Below are positions 24,501-33,500 of a DNA stretch of 64,000 nt, one piece after another. The translations under genes and the position numbers were made by a program. A model generated the notes under the pieces. That model was not told the origin of the DNA and did no database searches. It saw only the letters and a program-made list of their open reading frames with translations. This stretch comes from Podarcis bocagei (Eukaryota): the NCBI GenBank assembly GCA_964188305.1, contig OZ076888.1. One strand, 5' to 3'. The stretch's first letter is position 1; each line of letters opens with the position of its first letter.

Positions 24501-27500
24501 TGCCATTTCCGCCAGACGCAGCAAGTGTGGCTAATGATCAGGAACAATGGGAGCAATAGCCCAACAACATCTGGGGCAACAGGTTCTCAACTTCTATGCT
24601 GTTGGGATGGGTGGTTGTTGTGCAAGCAGGCTGCCACAGAATAGACCTCCTTTACACGTTAGATTTCCAAAATGACAGGTGTTTTTCAAGATTACCCAGT
24701 TTATCGTTAATTATCATTATAGGGACCTACATTATCATTAAGTTTTTTCGTTGTGTAAACTTTCCATGTTAAGAAAAATGTATGTTGCATGGACAGGAAT
24801 GAAGAGGATAGGAAGGAACAAATGGTCCTTCTAGAATAAAAAGAAAGCTGATTCAGACTTCCAGTAATCTTATGGAACGAGGCAGTACTGGAGGGCTTTG
24901 CCTTGATTTCTGTAGACTGAATGACACATTAATCCAGAGGAGCTGTGAATGAGTCTGCAGCAAAAAAACCAACCAATATGGTTCAGCTGCTTGTTCATAC
25001 ATTCATTCATGTTTACAACTTTTATATTGACAGTGTGCTTACAATATAAATACAGCAGAAGTATAATAATGCTTGGATATACTGCAAGAAGAGGAACTGG
25101 GGAGGGTGAGGAGTGAAGGAGTGAAGCTTTAGTGTTTCATTAAGACAAAAGTATTTGTTTACTATGTAGCTCTGCAAACGCCTGAACAGGCTTTCAACTT
25201 CAGCCGCCTTATTTGGTCCCTCTCTCTTTTTACAGATTGTTTCTTAAAACTGCACAGAGGTTTTGTTTACTATCAAGCAGTATATACATTTTGTTTAAAT
25301 ATTAACAGTAGTAATACAATGCTACTTCTAAGGAACAGCAGAGCTAGGTGGTGTTTTCTCAGGAGTCCTGGGAGAGGGTAGTGAATATCCCCTGTGCAAT
25401 ATTATCACAAAAAACCTAGCCACATCAGAAGCCACATCATATGCCTCTTTTCTTCAGCCCTCGTTCAATGCCCTCCTTGTTCTGGTCTGTGAGCAAGAAA
25501 TGCCATCTGTAACCAGAAAATGTTAAATACAGAAGGATGCCTAGGGGCATAGAAGAGGCTGTGGTGAATATGGATTCTTCCAGCACATTTATATATTTGA
25601 ACCACAATCCAGCACACAGGCACATTTATGCCCACTGAAGTCAGTGGTTGGAAGAGTGTTGGATTATGGTCATGAAGTTCAGTATCATTCAATATAACTA
25701 TAAATTACTTTAGCGTTTTGACATTGGACGCAACAGCTTGCCAGAAAATAAAAGTAATTTATTTCTTTTATGAATTCTCAGACTCACCAGACTACTATTA
25801 GTGTTATTTTTTCACAAAAAAATGAGAATTTTTTTCGGGCGGCGAGTTATATTTCTTACTGGATCCCCAAAACACTAGGGTCAGATTCATATGAAAACCT
25901 TGTTGCCCCACTATGTGAATGGCCCCCAGACTTGCATACTTCTCCTCCTGCTCTTTCATACCTGTAAGGAGGAGACTAGAAATCTTTGCTTCCACTTTGA
26001 AACTATATTTGGTTCCCTATGATGTGTGAACTCAAGGAACTACAGTTTGCTAAGCTATGGTTAGTAAGAACAGGCCAGGATCATATTGTGTTCTCATTCC
26101 AGCTTTTTCTCAAATCATAGTTCTTCTGACACCTCCAGGGGACTTTGATTAGTTTTAAACCAAAAGTGGATGTATCTGGCCATCTGTTCTGACATGGGAA
26201 AGTGAAGGGGAGGAAAAAATTCCTAAGACCAAGGCTTATCACAACTAATTCACATTGCAGAAAACTGTGGATTCCCATTGTGTCTGAACTGGTCTAGTAA
26301 CTGATTGATATATGTCATCATTCACAGTTTGCTATTTTTCATAATATAAAAAGCAATGGGAATTCCATATTTTCCAGTCTTGTGTGTTGGCACCTTCTGG
26401 AGGCATCAGACTAAACAATTTCTTGTATAAGATAGGAAAACCATATGCCGATGGCATGTATTTCCAGCCTTTTTTTAGTTACCATATTTGTCATTTATGA
26501 CAGGACACTCAACAGTCACAAATGCCATTTACATAGTTAAGTAGGGTCAAATTTGGAAGATTTAATTCATCCCCATGTGTTCAGGGAAATATTATTATTA
26601 TTTATTAAATTTGTCTGCCACCGTTGTACCCACAGGCCTTTGGGCAGTTCACAGGATAAAACCACAACATAAAAACATGAAATACACAATCAAAATAAAA
26701 ACAAAAACAACCCAATAACCCCCCCCAAAAAAAAAAAAATAAGGCAATAAGCGCTACAGGTAGATTGTTGCCATTGTGAATCACAAACAGCTAGTATTAT
26801 TCATGTTGTATCATGGCACAATTATGTACGATTAATCCTTTTTATTTTAGAAAACAAAGACTGCCCTCTTGGAAAGCATACAAAGGAAGAGCAGGACCAA
26901 GACAGTTCAGAATCTCTTAACTACAAGATGCCAACTCCTTTGTCTCAAAATAATGAGCAGGGCTCAACATTACGAGACTTGCTCACCACTACTGCTGGAA
27001 AACTGCGTCTCGGCTCTACAGATGCTGGCATTGCTTTTGCACCAGTTTATTCTACAGGAACTGCAGTGAGTTTGTTACCAGATGCCTTGCTCCAAATGTT
27101 CTTGAGTGAGAAGGGCTTAAATTAGCTTAGAAAGCAATGTCTAAATGGAACTGCTTTCACTGTATGATATTCGTCATAGAATGAAATTGTATACCTAAGG
27201 GCCTGGGCATGTCCAATGCTATTATTTGGAATTATCATTAACTGCTCTTGAATTTTTTGTCACTGCAGAACAAGGGGGCTGTTTTTCATGAGTCCAAAGG
27301 TTTCTTGGACATGTGGAGTTAGTTATGCAATTCTCTGGATCTCAGTCTGCCATGGTTTCCCTTAAAAAGTTTAGTTATGAACTAACTTGGTTAAAGTTCA
27401 AACTTATTAACAACATTTTAAGGCTCTGTTTATGCATGTAAATATTACACGAGCAATTCACTAAAGAGTTAAACTCCTGCAATCTCATTGTCCTTTATTG

Positions 27501-30500
27501 TTTGTGTAAAAATCAGAGGGGTTTGTTATCAGAAGATCACTTTTTAATGAATGAGAATATAATATATTATTGTAGTTTTCAGTTTGATTGCACTATTGAT
27601 TATTATTAGTGCAGCACCTCTTCTATGGTCTGATAATGAAAGGTTTCCTCCTGACAAGTTCAATATTGCTTAAGTCCTCATTTTATTTTTCCAATAGAGT
27701 AGCAAAGGTGGAAGGACGATGCCAAACATTCTTGAGGACATAATTGCTTCAGTTGTAGAAAACAAGATTCCACCAAATAGAACACCAAAGATAAATGTAA
27801 AATCTGAAGTGAAGGATGAGCCAAAGGATGAGAGAAAAATTATTACAGATGATTGCAGCACATTGTTCAGTGATGTTCCACATTCATGGCTCTGTGATAA
27901 ACACATTTTATGGCTCAGTGATCATAAAAACAGCAACAACTGGAAACTTTTCAAGGATTGTTGGAAGCAAGGAAAGGTATGTTTAAAAGGCCCTTCAGCA
28001 CCTAGAAAGTGCATGCTTGCACCTTAATTTTAGATCTGTTGTTGGATTTCATAGATTCATAGAATTGTAGAGTTGGAAGGGACCATGAGGGTTATCGAGT
28101 TTAAATGAAGATTAAATGAATCCATTTGTCAGTGGATGCAGCCAAATGTGGCCAAAGGATTACCACTTCCTAACGCTTCAGCCAGAGTCCCTCACTAACT
28201 GCCACTTGCCTCATTATATATGGTTTGTAACACAGATGCCTCATTTTGTCTTGAAGACTATTCCAGACTAACTGGCATATCACCAACTGGCATATCACCA
28301 ACATGGCAGCTCATGTAAATTTTGCAATACTTCCTTGTCATGAAATGGTCTTCAGAACAGTATTTTAGCTATAGTGGAAGGGGGAAGAACCATAACCCAC
28401 AACAGTAGCAGGGATGTCTTATCAGAGAGAGTTCTGGGTCCCTGCTGACAAAAGTGACCAGCCACATAGCTCAATGTATTACCATTTTAATGCCAGTCTT
28501 GAAGTTAAAACTTAATGCAATAACAAAATTTTAAGCGTGGGTTAAGGCCAAGAACATATTAAATACTGAGAATTATGGACCAGTTAAAGTGTTCCCTATT
28601 AATGTTGTGCAATATTACTTCAGTATATATGTGTAAAGATCAACCTAACAACTCCTTTTGCACTCCCACTTAGGAAGAAAATTAACAGGGTCTTAGTTGT
28701 AGTCTAATTGTGTTGAGGTTGGTCATTGGGCAACATCTGGTGATGTTTTTCCACTTGTGCAACAGAAACCCATTTACAAAACAAGACTTGTGGTTTCTCT
28801 TTTCTCCACTACAGCCCCCGTCAAAAAAACCTGCTCTGGAGCATTCAGCAATTCTCTGGAGCAGATTTAGGGGGCTGCAGTGGGGAGGAGATGAAGAAGC
28901 CCCATTGCATGAGCTGATGCACACTCACTCAATGTTGCATCTCACTATGTATTTCCATTGCTGGCAAATTAATTGCTTTTAAGTATGAAGTCTCATTATG
29001 CAGTAAGTAACAGGTAAATTGTTTTATTGGTTATTGTTTTGAGAATAAATCTGAACTTAAGAATTCTTCATAGAGGATATTACTAATGTTTGGACTAATT
29101 TTCATCTCTTGGTGGTACAAACAGCAGTCTTGCAAATCAGCATTTAAGAAAACGAGTTGAAAAATAGTAGAAAGAACTTGAAATGTGAGACAAATGAAAA
29201 GAGTAGAAACTCTGAAAACCATGCTATGTTAAAGACAATTCACATGCCTAAATGAAGGTGTCCCAATATTTATTGATGAACAGTTAATATTCTAAACTTC
29301 TGTGCAGTCAAGACAAGATGTCCTTTCAAGAGTGATGGAAATATGCATGAATCCGTTTTTTAAGTGCTCTTGCTTATTTCCACTTTTCTGTTTTCCTTTT
29401 CAGCCCGTATTAGTGTCTGGAATGCAGAAGAAACTGAATGCTAGCTTATGGAAGGCAGATTTTATTAGTTCAGATTTTGGTGATCTCAAAGCTGATCTCT
29501 TGAACTGCAAAGACAGCATTACTTCCAGTGGCAGTGTCAAGGAATTTTGGGATGGCTTTGAAGAAGTTTCAAGTATGTTGTGCTTTGTATAGGACTATAA
29601 CAGACCCAAATAAAATACCTATCTATAATCTGGAAAAAGAGGATATCAGAGAATTGTGGAGGTCCTTCCTTTTTCATTATTTGCCAGAAAAGATTTAGTT
29701 TGGGACAGGATGCTGTTAATTGTCCAAGAGTTGATTGTGTGCTTAATTCTTTCCATTAAGTTCAGTTGAAAAGTATTTAGACTTGACAGGACCCTCCCTC
29801 TACATAATATACTAATGCAAAATAAGCCTTAGTAATATTTCATAATTATATGTTCTGCTTATTTTATTTTAAAAAGAAAAACCTCAATGTAGGCCGCTTC
29901 CTTGATAAAAAAAATTCAGATCAGAGACACCAATTACTTCCAGTGACAGGCATGAGCATGAATTGGAAAATATCTGTATTGCTATATAATAGTGTGCATT
30001 TTGCTCTACCACAAGATACTTTAATGGTTTTTTGAAAACCCATTTTTGACATTTGACAGTATGGTATGTACATTCAAATAGCTTCCATTCTGTATTTCAA
30101 TCTCTAAAATGTCTAAATGTTTAGTGTGTGTGTGTTTTATACATCCAAAATTTGAGTATACAACCAAACAGAATTGCAATGTAGTATTAACTAGTAGAGC
30201 AGTTTTAATATCAGATATGAGAGCCAAAAAATTGGAATTTCAGGATTTCCCCCCCTGATGTTGGTAAATGCCTTATCAACCCTGTTACTCCATGATCAAA
30301 AAGATGGGATATATTCTAAGTTATTGTTAAAACCATTATAAAAAATTCCTGTTTTTCCCCATCTGGTAGCACACTCACTGATCTCTTCACTGTTTGCAGA
30401 ACGGCAAAAAATTAAAAATGGAGAAACAGTTATACTTAAGTTGAAAGACTTTCCTTCAGGAGACGATTTCAAGACCATGATGCCTGCAAGGTATTTAGTA

Positions 30501-33500
30501 TTATTTAGCTCATCAATTGATGGATTGAGCTTTTTGTTTACTGAAAAATTATTTATGTTTATTTTACTCTTTTTTTCCAGATATGAAGACTTATTAAAAT
30601 GTTTGCCACTGCCTGAATATTGCAACCCAGAAGGAAAACTGAATTTAGCTTCATACTTGCCAGGTTTTTTTGTGCGCCCAGATCTAGGGCCCAGATTATG
30701 CAGTGCATATGGTAAGTACCGTATTTTTCGCCCTATAGGGCACACTGTCCCATAGGACGCACCCTGGTTTTTTTTGGGGGGGGGGAGAATTAAAAAAAAT
30801 TATTCCCCCCCCCCAGCCGCGAGAAGAAAGGCAAGTTTATAGGAAATGGAAGAATCAATAAATTTGAGTGGGTCAAAGCATGTGATAATGTGGTCATGGT
30901 AATATAAAGATGTTTTATAAAAGGGAGTTACAGATGTCAGTTAACTTGGCCACTTAACAGAATTCCCTGATGAATGAGGAGGGAGTATACATGTACATAT
31001 TCAATGTACATTGAGATGAGAGAAAACACATTAATGCTCCTGATGTAGGTGCAATAATTGGGTGGTATTCAGGTAAGTTTTACTCAGAGTAGGTTCATTG
31101 AAATTAATGGGCCTAACTTAGGCATGTTCATTAATTTCAGTGGGTCTCATCTGAGTAAAACTTAGTTGAATAACACCCTCATGGCTATTCATATCAGAAT
31201 GCTAACTCCTAATCTTATACATTATAAAAGCAGTATTTGTTTAAGAAAACAATTTCACAGGAAAACATTTTACAAGTCTATGATAATTTTAAAATGCCCT
31301 TCAGCATATTCTATATATTCTGTTTGAAAAAGGTGTAGCTGCTGCTAAAGATCATGATATAGGAACTACAAATCTTCATATTGAGGTATCTGACGTGGTG
31401 AACATCCTTGTCAGCGTTGGCATAGCAAAAGGGAATGGCGTTCCTTCAAAATCAGGTAAAGTAAAAATAATACAATGTTTATTAAACAGAAAAATATGAG
31501 TTGGCACAACTTGCTTAATAGCTGATCTACACCCTGTAAATGAACCCTAAATCAATCCACTTGATACTTTAGCAATCCTTTGGTGCTCATTCAGATTAAA
31601 GGACATTCTCTCCCCACCCCCCATTTTGCAAAGTATTATTGGATGTATTGACTTATATTCTAGGAAGTGTTCATGGAAGGGGTTTGGCAAAGAAAAACCT
31701 TTCTGCCCCCCTCTTCTCACTTCACTTCCCAAGACCCTCGTAAAGTCCCTCCTCAGGATTAGGGAACCCTCCTGAATAGGTTGAACTGTGGCACTTGGGG
31801 AGGGTGAATTGCCCCAAACTGGATTCTGGCATTTTCCATGGAGACACAGAAAGCCTTTGTGTAGCAAAGGTGTTTCTAAGCTTTCCCCTGGTACTCCTAT
31901 TGTTTTAGATTTGTTCCATTATAATTTTTACTCAGTGAATGTGGATTTGCTCCACCCTGCCCCTTTTTGTTAAGGAGGGAGAGATTTATGGTAAAGTGTT
32001 GAATCTAAAGGAAGAATTTCTCCAGCTCTGGAAAGTAATTGCATTTCTGAATTCTCAGTGGTATTAAAGAAGTTTGAAGAGGAAGATTTGGACGATCTTC
32101 TAAGAAAAAGACTGAAGGATTCAAGTGAACTGCCTGGTGCTCTGTGGCACATTTATGCCAGCAAGGATGCTGACAAGATAAGGGAGTTTCTACAGAAGGT
32201 TAGATTTACAATGAATGCATATTGGTATTATTGTGTATAAGATTTGTGATGGGCAAATGCTTGTCTTCTGGGTACCAGCCACTCTGTTCCATCATCCTTC
32301 CCCAGGTTTTCCTTCCTTTCCCCTAACAGTCAGCCAGAATTCCTTGCCCACTGAGCATGCCCAGTACTCATTGAGTTGTTGATGGGATCCTTCATTTTTG
32401 GGGTGGGGAGTGTTGGATACACTTGTGCTCCCTCGCAGGAAGTGACTATCCAGACAGTGAGATGGTTTTCTTCCCTTCAGTTGCATCTGTGTTTCTCTGC
32501 TTTAAGACAGCCTCCCCCAACCTGGTGCCCTTGATGTTTTGGACTACAACTCCCATCAACCCAAGCCAGCATGACTAATGTAAGGTATGGTTGGAGTTAG
32601 AATCCAAAATATCTGAAGAGCTCCACGTTGGGAAAGGCTGCCTTCAGATTTTTCTTGGAAGCTTTGTTCTAGTTCCTCTACCAGGTGTAATCTGGTGGAG
32701 AACCGCTTGAATCATAGAATCATAGAGTTGGAAGAGACCACAAGGGCCATTGAGTCCAACCCCCTGCCAAGCAGGAAACACCATCAGAGCACTCCTGACA
32801 AATGGTTGTCAAGCCTCTGCTTAAAGACCTCCAAAGAAGGAGACTCCACCACACTCCTTGGCAGCCAATTCCACTGTCGAACTGCTCTTACTGTCAGGAA
32901 GTTCTTCCTAATGTTTAGGTGGAATCTTCTTTCTTGTAGTTTGGATCCATTGCTCTGTGTCCGCTTCTCTGGAGCAGCAGAAAACAAACTTTCTCCCTCC
33001 TCTATATGACATCCTTTTATATATTTGAACATGGCTATCATATCACCCCTTAACCTCCTCTTCTCCAGGCTAAACATGCCCAGCTCCCTTAGCCGTTCCT
33101 CATAAGGCATCGTTTCCAGGCCTTTGACCATTTTGGTTGCCCTCCTCTGGACACGTTCTTGAGACAGAGCTTCTTTGTCCAAGAAGCAGCAAAGCTATGG
33201 AACGTGGTTTATTTAGTTATTTTTCTAGCTCTGTTTTGGAGGTTTTTGGTTTTTACTTTTCCTTTTTATATTTTTTTATGTCTTTAAGTAAAGTTATTTT
33301 AGATTACGAGCCAGTTGTAGGAGCCTCGGCCATAAGTCAGGATATAAATATTTTAAATAAGATCTCTGAGATACGGCCCAAGCAGTCTGTACGAGACATG
33401 GGGGAGGGAGCAGTTTTTTCCCCATTTTCCCTTGAGGTTTTCAAAGTTTCATAGGAGAGTTCTGAAACTGAAACTGTATTTATGTTAGAAATAAGATGTT

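Noticed and set aside
28270-28301. 15-bp tandem duplication AACTGGCATATCACC
   Set aside because: Ordinary intronic slippage, no spacer structure
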